DNA from: Mobula hypostoma
Lineage: Eukaryota
Direction of reading: 5' to 3'
DNA: 64,000 bases
Assembly: GCF_963921235.1 (NCBI RefSeq)
Contig: NC_086097.1
Coordinates: forward strand, 201,192,001-201,256,000
Below, in pieces: positions 25,220 to 39,518 of the stretch; positions within the stretch are counted from its first letter, which is position 1, and the number at the start of each line of letters is the position of its first letter. Under the pieces are notes generated by a model that worked only from the letters and a program-made list of their open reading frames with translations, did no database searches and had not been told where the DNA came from. The position numbers and the translations under genes are program-made.

Positions 25220-26228
25220 GAAAATACTGGAACCACAATCCCCTGTGGAACACCACTAGTCACCAGCAGCCAACCAGAAAATGCTCCCTTTATTCCCACT
25301 CTTTGCTTCCTGTCAATCAGCCGCGGCTATATCCATGTTAGAATCTTTCCTATAATACCATGGGCCATAGCTTGTTAAGCAGCCTCGTGTGTGGCACCTT
25401 GTCAAAGGCCTTCTGAAAATCCAAGTACACAATATCAACTAATTCTTCTTTGTCTATCCCGTTTGTTATTTCTTCAAAGAATTCCAACAGATTTGTCAGC
25501 CAAGATTTTCCCTTGAGGAATCCATGCCGACTACAGCCTATTTTATTATGTGCCTCCAAGTACCCTGAGACTTCATCCTTAATCATCAACCCCAACATCT
25601 TTCCAACCACTGAGGTCAGACAAACTGGTCAAACATGCAACTGGTCTGCATTTCTCCCTTCCTGAAGAGTGGAGTGACATTTGCAATTTTTCTGTCTTCC
25701 GGAACCATTCCAGAATATAGTGATTCTTGAAAGATAATTTCTAATGCCTCCACAATCTCCTCAATTCTCTTTCAGAATCCTGGGGTGTACATCATCTGGT
25801 CCAAGTGACTTATCTAGCCTCAGACCTTTCAGTTTCCCAAGAACCTTTTCGCTAGTAATGGTAACTTCACATACTTCATGACCCCTGACACCTAGAACTT
25901 CCACCATTCTGCTTGTGTCTTCCATAGTGAAGACTGATGCAAAATACTTATTCAGTTCGTCAGCCATTTCTTTGTCTCCTATTACTACTTTTCCAGCATC
26001 GTTTTCCAGTGGTCCGATATCCACTCTCGCCTCTTTTACACTTCATGTATCTGAGAAACTTCCGGTATCCTTTTTAATATTACGGACCAGCTTACCTTTG
26101 TTGTCCATCTTTACCTTCTTAATGACTCTTTTAGTTGTCTTCCATTGGGTTTTAAAAGCTTCCCAATTTTCTGACTTTCCACTAATTTTTGTTCTATTAC
26201 ATGCCTTCTCTTTGGCTTTCATGTTAGC
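25220..26228 (-). mobile_element. CR1 LINE ORF2 fragment
   Basis: ELNKYFASVFT, HGFLKGKSWLTNLLEFFEE, VYLDFQKAFDKVPH. Confidence 0.9.
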
Positions 26229-26455
26229 TGTACGATATTGCCATAAGAATGTCCTGGGGCCAACTATCTTTAGCCACTTTATCAATGACCTTCCATTCAT
26301 CATGAAGTGGGAATATTCACTACTGATTATATGATGTTCAATTTCCTTCACAACTCTTCAGAAAAACGAAGCTATTTGTGCTTGTACGCTACTAGATTTG
26401 GACAATATCCAGGTATAGACTGGATAATTGTAATTACTCAACAAAATTGCCAGGC

Positions 26456-26902
26456 TATATCGTGAAGTGTTATCTTACTTGCTTCTACCATGTCGGTCAC
26501 TGACTGGCCCATTCAAAAGATGGCCCATCGGCTGGCTTTCATGCCATGGCACCAACTTCAGGTTCTGGGCATATAAGATTAGCAGGTGTGAGAGACTCTG
26601 TCTCTTTTGCTAGGGGCTCTCTGCTTGACCAGTGCAGAAGAACCATTGGGAAAGTACGCTGCAGATAGGGAGGCTATGCGCACACATAGGTAAATACCTG
26701 ACTGTCGAATGATTAGTTTTGTAGATGTGTAAATGTTGAGACTTGACCAAGTACCTTTTTGAAACTTGGGGTGAGTACTTGTTTGACTTAGGCGTTTGGT
26801 TAAATGTTTCATTGTTTCTTTGTAAATAAATAGTTAATGTGCTTACTCACTACGAATGTCTTCTGCCCACTTAACAATCTCCATACCTGTTTCCCTGTAA
26901 CA
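26456..26902 (+). mobile_element. Probable solo LTR (Gypsy-like)
   Basis: TATA-like catataaga, aataaa at ~26825, 3' end tgtaaca, near-TSD caggc/cagcc. Confidence 0.55.
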
Positions 26903-27129
26903 CAGCCTAATCAGATTTCTGACAAGGGAAAGACAGACCACCTACCCTGTACATTCAGTATGTTTACTATTACGACATTACCTACTATCAAACATATGGT
27001 GATCACTATTGATTGAAACTAAACTTGATCAGATCTATAAAGATTGTAGTTACAAAAGCAGCTCAAAGTTTGTGGATACTGAGGTAAATGTTTTGTTTCT
27101 TGATTCTTCAAGTCTTTCCACCACTTTTA

Positions 27130-29990
27130 TAGCAGGTTGATGGAAAAGATTGCCCTGCTTGTTACTTCCTCGAAGAACAGATTAGTCAGGCAAGATTTCT
27201 CTTTACAGAAACCATGCTGACTTTGACTTATTTTAGAAATAGTCCGCAAGTACCCCGAAACCTCATACTTAATAATGGACCCCAGTACTTTCCCAACCAC
27301 TGAGTTGAGACAAACTGGTCTATAATTTCCTTTCTTTTGCCTTCCTCCCTTCTTAAAGAGTAGAGCAACACGTGCAATTTTCCAGTACTCTGGAGCCATG
27401 CCAGAATCAAGCGATTCTTGAAAGATCATAACCAATGCATCTGCTGTCTCTTCATCAACCTCTTTTAGATCGCTGGGATATAGTCCATCTGGTCCAGGTG
27501 ACTTGTCCAGCTTAAGATCTTTAAGTTTGCCTCGCACTTTTTCCTTTATAATAGCAATGGCAATCACTCCTGCTCGCTGACACTCACGGACACACTGCTA
27601 GTGTCTTCCACAGTGAAGACTGATGCAAGGTACTTATTAAGCTCATCCGCCATTTCTTTGTCTCCCATTACTACTTCACCAGCATAATTTCCAGTGGTCT
27701 AATATCAACTCTCACCTCCCTTTACTCTTTATAGTACTGAAAAAAATCTCTTGGTATCCTGCTTTATTTTATTGGCTAGTTTGCCCTCATATTTCATCTT
27801 TTCCCTTATTAAAGCTTTTTTAGTTGCCTTTTGTTGGATTTTAAAAGCATCCCGATCATCCAAGTTCTTACTCACTTTTGCTACCTTATATGCTCTTTCC
27901 TTGGCTTTTCTACAGTCCTTAACTTCCCTTGTCAGCTATGGTTGCCTCCTCTGCCATTTGAGAACAACTTCTTGTGTGGGATATATCTATTCTGCGCCTT
28001 GTGAATTATTCCCAAAAACTTCAGCCACCTCTACTCTGCCATCATCCCCTCCAGTATCCCCCTCCAATCTCCCTAGGCAAGCTCCTCTCTCATGCCTCTA
28101 TAATTCCCTTTATTCCATTGCAATACTAATACATCTGACATGCTTCTCCCTCTCAAATTGCAGTACGAATTCAATCATATTATGATTACTGCCTCGTAAG
28201 GGTATCTTTACCTTAAGTTCCCTAACAAAATCTGGATTATTACACAACACCCAATTTAAGATAGTCTTTCCCAAGTAGGCTCAAGCACAAGCTGCTCTAA
28301 AAAGCCATCTCATAGGCATTCAATAAATTCCCTCTCTTGCGATCCGCCACCAACCTGATTTTCCCAATCCCCTTACACATTGAAGTCCCTCACTAGAATT
28401 ACGACATTACCCTTATAATCTCAACCACACATCCTGGCTTCTATTTGGAGGCCTATATATGATTCCCATAATGGTTTTCTTTACCCTTGCAGTTTCTTAA
28501 CTCCACCCACAAAGATTCAACATTCTCTGACCCTATGTCACCTCTAAAGATGTAATTCCATCTCTTACCAACAGAGCTACACCACTACCTATGCTTTCCT
28601 TCCTGTTCTTTTGATACAAAGTATATCCTTTGATATTAAGCTCCTAACTATGACCTTCTTTCAGCCATGACTCAATGATGTCCACAACGTCATACTGACC
28701 AATCTCTAACTGTGCCATGAGTTCATTCACCTTATTTTGAATACTACATACATTTAAATACAACACATTCAGTCCTGCATTCTTCGCCCTTTTGAATTTT
28801 GCCTCTGTGGTACAATTTAACTCTTTGCACAGACTGCATTTGTACCCAATCATTGGCTTGTCCTTCCTTACATTCATATTACACCTATTATCTGCTGGCT
28901 CATCCTCAGCCCTATCATACTGGTTCCCATCACCCTGCTATATTAGTTTAAACCACTCCCAACAGCTCTAGCAAACTTGCTCACAAGGATATTGGTCTCC
29001 CTCGGATTCAAGTGCAACCTGTCCCTTTTGTACAGGCTGCCTGCTCCAATTCTTCTGCCACATCTTTCTATTCCTATCCACACTGTCGCGTGGCACAGAT
29101 AGCAATCCCGAGATTACTACCCTTGAGGTCCTGCTTCTCAACTTCTTTTCTAACTCCCTGTATTCTGTTTTCAGGACCTCCTCCCTTTTTCTACCTATGT
29201 CACTGGTACAAATATGTACTACGACTTCAGGCTGTTCTCTTGCATTTATTATACTCCTTAAGCATGTTATTTGTTCCTTGGTGTCTATACATGCTTAACC
29301 AAACATCAATATTCCTCAAAAACCAAGGTACCCTAAACTTGTTAATATTATTTTATTATTACAGGATCATACAAATTCTGTACTCTCAAAATTTCACTTT
29401 TGAAGGCTTCCAATCTATCAAGCAACCCTTTATCCCTATACTAACCCCCACCTAAATATCAACCCAAGGACCAGGCCCATCCTTCTCCATAATTATCTTG
29501 AAAGTAACAGAATTATGATCACTTGATTCAAAGTGTTCCCCTAAACTCATTTCCAACATCTGCTCTGTTTCATCCCTAATAGGAATTCCAGTAAACTCTA
29601 TTCTACAGCATGAGAGTCCCAGTCAATATGAGGAAAATTAAAATAAGGTACAATCACAACTGCCTGCTATTTATCTACAAACTTGCTCCTTTAAATCCTG
29701 CAGATTTATGGGAGAGCTACAGTATAATCCCATTAACACTGTCATCCCTTTCTGATTCCTGTTCCATCCATATAGCCTCAATCAATGAGTGCTCCAGTCC
29801 GTCCTGTCTGGGTACTAATGTCACACTTTCCCTGACTAGTGCCACCCCTCCCCTTTTAAAACCTCCACTCTATCATGTCCCCAGAATATTGTCAGACAGA
29901 CCCTGCCCTCCCGCAACCAAATCTCACTAATGGCTACAATATCATAATACTATGTGTTCATCCATGCTCTAAGCTTATCTGTCTTATTTA
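27130..29990 (-). mobile_element. CR1 LINE fragments (APE/RT N-terminus and ORF1 end)
   Basis: LNVLYLNVCSIQNKVNELMAQLE...IIESWL (endonuclease); DKSPGPDGLYP; NYRPVCLNSVVGK. Confidence 0.88.
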
Positions 29991-30830
29991 CCGAACAACA
30001 TGGTGGGCATGCTATGTTGGCTTCGGAATATACGGTGTCACTTGTGGGCTTCTCCCAAGTTCTACTGTCTGTTAACGCAAATGGTGCATTTCACTGTGTG
30101 TTTCAATGTTTCAATCTCAAACTGAATGTAAAAATCCCGGGAACTTCACCTGATAAACTTCACATTAGGTTGCTGTATCTTCAAAGCTGAATGCTTGGAA
30201 CGCTTTCCCTAACATCACCATCTCTCTCCCATTGCCCAAGTTTCTGTTGAATGTTCAGCTTCCAGATTTCTTAAATTATTCATATACAAATTACTTTGGA
30301 ATATTGCTATGCATTACAGGTGTAATACAAATTCCAAACTTCAGAACTTTGTCTGGAAACATGATAGTTTAATGGTATTGAGATTTAAATTCCCCAGTTG
30401 CCATGGTTGGATTCAAACTCAAGTCTCTAAATCAATATTCCAAACCTTTGCTGCTGCTTCCTTAATTTAGCTACCATATCACTTTTTACACATTCTTTTT
30501 AATAATGTTAATTTCTTCCTTATTAATATACCCTGATATTTTATCTTCTTTATATTTGAAGTCTCATACTTAGCTGACTCACAATCGAACATGTTTTCAA
30601 ATAGCTAATTATCAATGAACGTCGGCCCATATGCAAGCTAAATATTTTTCTGAGATGATGTGTTCATGTGTAGTGGAAAATTCATATAGGTACACATTCT
30701 AGAATATGCTGCTCCAAATTTGTACCTGTAGAAGAAAATTAAGCCTGCATTAAAAGTTAACAAAATCATGAGAATAACAGGGTGAAAAGTGAATAGGGTC
30801 TATCTACTCATACTAATTGGCAATAAATTC

Positions 30831-31249
30831 TGTTAGAAATCAAGAACTGATAATGCTCAGATGTAGTAGTAAGTACTATTGGTGATGAAGAACTGATAAC
30901 ACACGAATGCTGTGTGTAAGGAGGAACTCTCAGCCCTCAATTCTACGTGGCTAATGACTTGGTTCCTTCTAATTATTGGGGCACTTACTGTGTATGTGGG
31001 GACCCTATGTCTAATTTTGTGTAAGGTATGGAAGCATCCAGAACCTTGTCAATAAGGGCTAAGCAAGAACTCCTAACCCCTGAAAAATGGTGAACTGCAT
31101 ACTTTTTTAAGGTATAAAAGACAATGTTTGTGCTCACTTTAGCAGAGTTCTAGTTGGCTGTCTGTGATCGCATCATAAAGTAGTTAAACTGAACATTGAG
31201 GTCTGTGTCTTTATTTAAGTTTAGTCAACGATAGTAAATTTCTCTGACA
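30831..31249 (+). mobile_element. Probable retroviral solo LTR
   Basis: TG...CA ends with imperfect inverted termini (tgttagaaat / atttctctgaca), TATAAAA at ~31113, downstream cataaa and GT-rich tract. No clean TSD. Confidence 0.55.
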
Positions 31250-31899
31250 GTACCTTTTAAAAAATACTGGTCTTCAATATTATCCACCATACAATCAATC
31301 CAATGCTGTTATATGTAGTACTTTCCAAATGAGACATTAAACCAGAATACTAACACTTTCTCAAATTGAGGCAAAAAAAAAATCATACACTAGTATTTGA
31401 AAAACTGAATAACTCCAGTGTCCTGGCCAATATTTATTTCCAAATAATCCAAGAAAGATGAACAGGCAGTTTATCTTATTCCTCCCTTCACCTCTGCAAA
31501 ATGTGTTGTTTATCTAAACTTTGATATCGTCCATCAACCTGAATCCTCCCTTCAATTTCCTACGTTCTCTAAGTCTTTTTTATTATAAATGTTTTGGTCA
31601 TGCCATTGATTTTCTCACTTTTTCCACTTCACTAAGCAACTATGCCACTTCCACTCTGAACTTGTAGCTTGTACATCACTCAATACTAATCCAAGCCTGC
31701 TGACAAGTATGAAACTCTTACTACTTGGTGAGCCAATAACGTCTGTGGGGATTGAATGCCAAACTCCCTAACCTCATCACAACCTAACCACGACTCCCTC
31801 CTCTAACACCAACCATCCAATCTCTTTCTACTAATATCCACTTCCATTGTTCTCCATCATTTTAGCAGTTTCCATTTAATTTATTTATTGTTTCATTTA

Positions 31900-32120
31900 T
31901 TTATTTAGAGATGGGGCATGGAATGGGCCCATCCAGCCCAACAAGCTGCACCACTCAGCAACCCACCTATTTGACATTAGCCTAATCACAGGACAATTTA
32001 AAATGACCAAATAACCTATCGGGGGAGAAAACTGGAACACCTGGAAAACTCATGCAGTCATGGGGAGAACATATAAACTCCTTGCAGACAACGCTGTAAT
32101 TGAACTCTGAACTCCAGGAA
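31900..32120 (-). mobile_element. V-SINE (HE1/HER1-like) fragment
   Basis: V-domain-like aaaactggaacacctggaaaactcatgcagtcatggggagaacatataaactcc. Confidence 0.65.
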
Positions 32121-34189
32121 GGCTGCAATCTAATTTTCACCATGGACATTCAATCCTTTCATACTGCCACTGTGCAATGGGATAAACACAAGGACCTGCA
32201 CTACTTCTGTGAACAACAGACAAGTCTGTTTCAAATTCATCCTCTATTAGCTGGCTGAATTTATTATTATTATTATTCACTCTACTTTCTCCAATAATAT
32301 AACTTTGCTATGGAAACTAGTATACTTTTTGACTACATCTGCCCCTTAGTGGAACATTCTTTCTCAAGTCCAAATGAGCTCCTCTTGCTCAAATTTTTAG
32401 TGTCTGTAGACTCTTTTGTGTTGTTCATTTTGGCAAATAGCAAGTGACAAAAAAAATCCTTTACTGAAGGCAGACAATACCCAACTAACAACATGTACAT
32501 TCTAGTGCAACAAAACACATAACACATGGTTCAGGACTATTCTTAAAAGTATCATATGACCATAAGTCATAGGAGTTGAATAAGACGATTTAACCCATCG
32601 AGTCTGCCCCACCATTCCATCATAGCCGATTTATTATCCCTCTCAATCCCTTTCTCTTGCATTCTCCCCATAGCCTTTGACACCTTTAATAATCAAGAAA
32701 CTATCAACCTCTGCTTTAAATATATCCAATGACTTGGCCTCTACAGCTGTCAGTGGCAATGAAGTTTACAGATTCACCACTATTTTCTATTCTAAAGGGA
32801 TGTTCTTCTATCCTGAGGCTATGCCCTCTTCACATCTACTTTATCTGGGTCTTTCAATTTTCAGAAGGTTTCAATGTAAGTACAACCACTTTCATATATA
32901 TCTACAACTCCTGTATCAATAAGATGAACATTTCATCAGCTTTTCTGTTAATATCCTCTTTTTTCATTTTTTCATTTCTAGTTCCTCTCTTCACTTCTCA
33001 GTCTTTACCTTGATTCCTTGACAACAATTGCTTCCAACAGTTTCCTCTAAGACTCCACTTCATTCGCTATTTCCTTTGTTCTGAGATTGCCACCTTTCAT
33101 ACCAGTGTTTCTGACATGTCTTTCTTTTTTCACTTCATTATAATAGTCTGGCCTTTCACCATACGCATTCTATTTTCTCTACTTCTGCTTTCATACTGTC
33201 TCCTCCATCCTTGAACTACATTTATCCAAATGGAGGTAGATTTGGCCAACTGCCTGTTCTCGGTAGCTACTGCCTTTGCCTGGCCACTTTTGATTGAACT
33301 GGATGTGGAAGACATCTATTCCTCAGAGGCAGGCAGTGAAACTCCAGGAGATTCCAGATCACTGAGTCTGGTGTTTCTGGGCTGCCCTTTCAAGAGGCAA
33401 AGCAGGCGGTGAAATCTCACCCTGTCAAAGCTGAGAGACATTTTAACAGTTGGATTAAGGGATATATAAAATGTATTGAAATTGCAGTGAATTATTTGAT
33501 GAATGATTATTATTAAAAGATTTGAGCAATAATGATTAATTAGGATAATCTAAAACAGTGAATAATATAAAAAGTTCTGCAAATTAAAATAAGTAAAATA
33601 TAAATAACGTCTTTTATCTACTAGTCTCCTGGTCAGGAATTCCCATAGAAATGAATGGTGATTGCAACGTCCTGCTTTCTCTGGCTATTACAGGATGCTA
33701 GAGATACATTCCTTAGTCTATAACGTTTGAACTCTACCATTGAATTCCACTTGGACTTCACTTAAGGAGCAAAATGATTGGCACAATGCCATTTTTATAC
33801 CGTTCCTTCTGGGCCTATGGAAGTCTGGCATTTACTCACAAAATATTCACAGAATATGTGCCAACTTTGTTCACTTTCCATGCCTTCAACCTCCACTTTC
33901 AATGCACCATCTTCCACCAATTCTAGTACACAGCCAGCATGACACCACCACCAAACACACTTTCTCTCTTGCTTTCAGTTTTCCAAGGGGATGGTAACCA
34001 TGAACACCTTCTTTCTCCACCCAACACCACTTCATTCATTTGTATTTCTTTCCCATGGTTCAGTGACTCTAAAACATCATTCAGCAAAATTGTGATTTAT
34101 CTGAATTGCAATTCTGTGTACCATTTTTGCTGCTCAGAATGTCATCTGCACTATGACGACAAACCACAAATCTGGATAATCACTTTCAC

Positions 34190-35520
34190 ATAAGAGATTC
34201 TGTTGATGCTGGAAATCCAGTGCAATGCACACCAAGTAGTGCAGGAACTCAGTGGATCAGGCAGCATCTGTGGAAATGAATAAACAGTTGATGTTTCGGG
34301 CCGAGACCCTTCATCAGGACTGGAAAGGAAGATGCCAGAATAAGAAGGTGGGGAGAGGGAAAGGAGGCCAGGCTTTAAGGTAATAGGTGAAGCCAGGTGG
34401 GTGGGATGAAGTAAGAAACTGGGAGGTGATAAATGGAAAAGGCAAAAGGCTGGGGGAAAAGGAATCTGAGAGGAGAGGAGAGTGGATCGCGGATAAAAGA
34501 AAGGAGGAGAGGTACTGGAAGAGGTGTTAGACATGTGAGGAGAGAGGTAAGAGGTCAGACTGGGGTTACTAAAGGGGGGAAGGGGGAGGGAAAAAAATTA
34601 CCAGAAGTTGGGGAAATCATTGGGGAAATCCATCAGGTTGGAGGTTACCTTGATAGAATATGAGGCATTGTTCCTCCAACCTGAGAGTGGCTTCATAATG
34701 GCAGAAGACGAGGCCATTGACTGACATGTCAGAATGGGAATGGGGTTAGGAATTAAAATGGTTGGCCACCAGGCAATCTTCTCTTTATGGGTGGAATGGA
34801 GGTGCTCAACAAAGTGGTGTGCCAATCTACATTGGGTCTCACCAGTTCAGAGGTGGCTACATTGGGAGCACCAGATATAGTAGGCGACACCAACAAATTC
34901 ACAGGTAAAGTGTTGCCTTACCTGGAAGCACCATTTGGGTCCTGAATGGAGTTGAGCAAGGTGGTGAATGGGCACATGTAGTACTTCTGCTGTTTGCAAT
35001 GATAAATGCCAGGAGGGAGATTAGTGGGGAGAGATGAGTGGACAAGGGAATCACATAGGGGGCAATATCTGCTGAAAGCAGAGAGTGTGGTGGAGGTAAA
35101 GATGTGCTGGTTGTAGGAGCCCATTGAAGATGGGTGAAACTGCAGAGAATGATGTGTTGGATGCAGAGCCTCATGGGCTGGTAGGTGTGGACAACAGGAA
35201 CTCTAACCCTGTGAAAGCAGCAAGTAGATGGGGTGAGCGTGGATGTCCGAGAAGTGGAGGTGATGCGGGTGAGGGTCTCATCAATGATGGTGGAAGGGAA
35301 ACAACATTCTTTGAAAAAGGACATCTCTAATGCCCAGGAAAGGAAAGCCTCATCCTAGGAACAGATGCAGCAGAGACAAAGGAACTGAAAAAAGGAAATG
35401 GCATTTTACAGGAGACAGTGTGGAAAAAGATATAGTCAAGCTAGCCATGGGATTTGATAGGTTTATAAAAGATATCAGTAGGCAGTTTGTCTTCAAAGAT
35501 GGAGATAGCGAGACAATCAC
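34190..35520 (-). mobile_element. Penelope-like element
   Basis: MSFFKECCFPSTIIDETL...VPVVHTYQP, decayed GIY-YIG region and a hammerhead core at 34283-34322. Confidence 0.85.
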
Positions 35521-36746
35521 TTTGTCAACCTCACTTCAGCTCACAATCATGACCCTGAGCATAAATCGTCATTTATTTAAATTTTCTTCCCACTCTCCCT
35601 TTGTTCTCAGTCTCCTAACTCTGAGATAGTTGATACAAATTTGAGAAAGAACATTTCATCTTCAACTCAGCAGATTATAGACTTCTGGATTCAAAATTGA
35701 GTGTGATTATGCTACTTCCATTCACATCTCTTATGCATATCAGAACATCTATGTGCTCCATTGCTCCAGCCCTTTGCTTTGCAACAACATCTCTTTCTCC
35801 ATTTAATCTCTCCTGTCTTCCATTCTATCACAGATATATCCTTTTATTCATTCCCCACCTACACCTTCCCTGCGTCTTGAAATTCATTAATGTGCTTTTT
35901 CTGTTCTGACTAAAATTTATTATGTGAAGCCTAAAGTCCATAAATGCTGCTTGACCTATCAGGTACTTAAAGCATCGTCTACTTTTATTTAAAAATTCTA
36001 GCATTCACAATATTTTCATCAATACTGTTTTCTCGCTGCTTGCAGCAACTTGCTATGTGCATGTTAGCTGCTATGCTTCCAGATATGTACAACAATGACT
36101 AGACTTCATGAATATTACTTTGGAATACCCTCAGGACATGAAAGTTCCTAATTGTTGTGTACAAGGTCTTTAGCTGCTCTCTCCACTTAAGCATCAATTG
36201 AAGTAAGGAACAGGAGCAGGAATAAACCTTGCAGATGTGGCTGCTCTGATTTTTGACCTCAAATCTCATAATCCTTCATTATCTATCTTAGAATCTATCT
36301 CAATTTCTAATATATCTGCTGGCTGATAATCAATAGCACTTTGGGAATGATAATTCCTAAGATCCAGAGAATAAATTTTTCTTCATCTTAGTATTTAATG
36401 GCTGATCCCCCTTGTTCTGAAATCACATCCCCCACTCTACACTCTCAGATTGGGGAAAAGATTAACATGATGCCAAGCTCACTCAGAATGAAATCACTCT
36501 TATCCATCTAAATTTAAAGACTATTGGCATATCTTGTTCAGTCTGTCCTGAGCCTAAAGATCAATATAGTGAACCTACGTTGTACTACATCCATGGCAAG
36601 GACAGTAGAACCCAGGTCCTGATGAACAGTCTCAGCTTGAAATGTTGACAGTTTATTCTCCTCCATAGATACTGCCTGACTTGATGAATTCCTCCAGCGT
36701 TTTGTGCATGTTGCCCAGTAGAACTCTGATAGTTCCGTAACCTTAC

Positions 36747-36786
36747 CTTGGGATTGTGGTGGTGCCAGAATGGCAGATTTTCAGAA
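36747..36786 (-). pseudogene. 40-nt exon candidate
   Basis: cctatag| ... aag|gtaagg. VLKICHSGTTTIP vs GREB1L DLNECVSPQEAAAMIP. Confidence 0.45.
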
Positions 36787-37147
36787 CTATAGGATGTTAT
36801 TTCTATTAATTTCTTAACACACTGAATTCACCTTTTTAAGATGTAACACATGATAGTAAATTCTGCAGTGAATCAGGTAAGTTGAAATGGAAAGCAGGAA
36901 CTGGGGCCCTAGTGAGCTAAAAGGAAGTTGAGAACCAGGACCTCAGTGGGTGGAAAGGGTCGCAGGCAGTGAAAAGGGAGCATAGAAACTGATTCCTAGT
37001 GTAGATAATTGAGAAAGGGAATCTGGAACTGGGATCCTGCAGAGTAAAAGGAGAGTAGTGTAACTGAGGCTCTGGTAGATGAAAGAGAACATAGGAACTG
37101 GGGTAACGCTGAGTGGAAAAGGAGTGGAAAAGAAGTGCAGTACAAAC

Positions 37148-37258
37148 CATCAGCATTTACAGATAGATAGCGGATTCTCAGTTTTACTGTACAACCATCT
37201 TTAAAAATGTGATTAAATCTTTGCAAAATGCTCTACAATACACCATGGTCCTGTACAG
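37148..37258 (-). pseudogene. Exon remnant (111 nt, phase 1-1)
   Basis: Acceptor ttctttctgtag|, donor g|gtttgt. HGVL*SILQRFNHIFKDGCTVKL vs GREB1 EGDIDILLDKFHQENQGHISSSL. Confidence 0.55.
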
Positions 37259-37954
37259 CTACAGAAAGAACATCTTGTTCTCCAGTGTTTAAGTAGTTTT
37301 GGGCATGTTCCATCTGGTTCTGTTTGTTTACCTATTAACATTTAAGCTTCCCAGTTCATTAGTTACTAATTTATAAACTCCACTACAATTTTGGGCTTTG
37401 CAAAGACATAGTAAAGATTTAGTAATAAGTACTTTAAAGCAATTGTTTATCCTGTTATCTCTAAAGCTACTTTTTGTGTACTAATAAATCTTCTTCTGTT
37501 TAATAGATTTATTGTTATCCATGTAGTCTTATTTCATTTACAAAAGGTAGTTTAATATTCCTTTATCAGCCTAGCAACTGGTGGCATTTTCACTGTTCAT
37601 GGATGCCAATCATTTAAGACTGCAGCATATTGCTTAAAAGTGACTTAATTCTATAGTAGCAATAGTGGAAACTTTAGAATGCAACTGGCTCTTAGTCAGT
37701 AATGATCTAGAATTTAGCCCAAGGATATAATAAAATGTGATACACTTGGTAAATAGTTTTTTTTCCAAAATGCTGTTCTTGTGTATAATTTATTTGTACA
37801 GCTTTGGAGTAATCAGAATGCATGCTACAGAAAGGGTACAATTGATTGCACTGCTAAATTTTCTTCTATGGATATTTTTATGGATCTTTGTTCATCTCAC
37901 AAACAAACAAGGCACAAATACATCAAGTCAGAAAGCATAAACAATGAAGAACTT

Positions 37955-38105
37955 GATCATATAAGTTTGCCACGGCAGCAGTTTGTGGCTGAAGCTACCA
38001 TTTGTCATAAGATAGATAACAATGTGACTGTTATTCGTCATCAAAAGTGCAAAAGTAGTGTTTTGGCTATCATCTTGCTTAAAGCAGTCCAGGACTGAAG
38101 GAGCC
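37955..38105 (-). pseudogene. Frameshifted exon remnant
   Basis: GLLQSWTALSKMI, then after a frameshift HIVIYLMTNGSFSHKLLPWQTY, vs GREB1 GKYQARILSESLL / KEVNYELVTGKVDSLGAFFSTL. Donor not identified. Confidence 0.45.
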
Positions 38106-39004
38106 CTTTAATAATAATATTTTGTTTCATATCCAAAGACATATGCGGTAGTTGGATTAATTGGTCACATGGGTGTAATTGGGGCAGCGTGGACTTGTAG
38201 ACTGGAATTTCTAAATAAAGTAAAATATACCGTAGTAAGTGTATGTAATCATAATATTAATATATTGGCATTTATTGATGTGTGCACATTTTTGCATGTA
38301 TATTAATCAGTATGTCAGCACTCAGAAGATCTACCAATATTCTGGAGAGTGTGGACAAAGAATAAACGCAAGAGATTCTACAGATGCTGGAAACCCAGAG
38401 TAACATACAAATTGCTGGAGGAACTCAGAAAGTCAGGCAGCATCTATAGAGAGGAATAAACAGTTGACATTTCAGACCAAGACCTTTCATCAAGACTGGA
38501 AAGGAAGGGGGAAGAAGCAGAATGAGGATGGTGGGGTAGAAAGGGGTGTAAGCAGGCAGATGACAGGTGAAGCAAATTCTTAAGAGTAAGGAAAATTCTT
38601 GGAGGCTGTAATCTCATGCACAGATAGATTTAAGAAAGTAATGAGTTAAACATTGACTAATAAACGTCTATAGTTGTCAGGTATCAGTGATGCAGTGATG
38701 TCTGTGCAAATACTTTTGGCTTTTTGTTTTTTTGTGTTTAAAATCATTTTTAAGATGATGCTTGGTTTTTATGTTCAAAGAGAGAACTGTGATAAAAGGT
38801 TAATTGATGTACCTAAAATAATAAACAGAAAATGCTGACACAATAATTTTAAGCTACTTTAGTTATTCTTATGATGCCACAAGATCTAATATATTAAGCA
38901 GATTTTAATAAGAAATAAATATGTTAATAATTAATCTAAAATCTTACAATTATAGAACGTCTAAAGAGAAACATAATAAAATGTAACAAACATAAATACT
39001 AAGC

Positions 39005-39350
39005 CGTTCATATAAAAATACACGGAGCACTCCCCTTCTTGCAACCTTATCAATTATGGAAGGTAGATGGCTAAAATCTTTCTTCCCTACCATGAAGAGT
39101 TCAACTGATTCAATCTTGTGTAACTTAGGCTCCTTCATCACTCTTGACCTTCTTCTAGTAGTCATTAGAAATTCAAAGGTCAACTAAGTTATTTGCCATG
39201 TGCTTGCCTCAGAATATTCAGACTCAATACATATTCAGGTGGGACACATTGGTCAGTTCGAAATCTTGAGCACTTGCTCATTATCCTTCTGTTTTCTTCT
39301 CTCAAACAACTTCCTAACCAGATCAACAATAAACTTCCAAACATTTTAAG
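39005..39350 (-). pseudogene. Heavily decayed exon remnant
   Basis: Acceptor cattttag|. LKMFGSLLLIWLGSCLREENR vs GREB1 LEQIFLRSWRESHLTEIRQ; LLEEGQE vs SLAEGLSE. Many stops; donor uncertain. Confidence 0.5.
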
Positions 39351-39484
39351 CTAAAATGTTTTTATACAACAGAGATTTCAAACACTTTCAGGAAGTTCAT
39401 ACAAATAATAACCAGAGACCCTTTCTCTACTGCTTCATACACTTATTAAAAAGAAACTAATCATGAGCAGCAGGCATAACTTAC

Positions 39485-39518
39485 CCTTCAGAATTTCTGG
39501 CTAGTTTTGTCTGATTAG
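39485..39518 (-). pseudogene. 34-nt micro-exon candidate
   Basis: Strong sites ttttcag| and gg|gtaagt. Reads LIRQN*PEILK in phase 0; its end phase is 1 nt off from the next exon. Confidence 0.4.

Larger units (their letters stand above)
23240..27100 (+). mobile_element. Ancient CR1/L2-group LINE remnants split by younger insertions
   Basis: NVLGPTIFSHFINDLP RT motif at ~26250; degraded pieces at 23240-23700 and 24350-24860. Confidence 0.5.

Noticed and set aside
38950..39183. 77-aa ORF MTFEFLMTT...
   Set aside because: No recognisable product; it overlaps the decayed exon in another frame.
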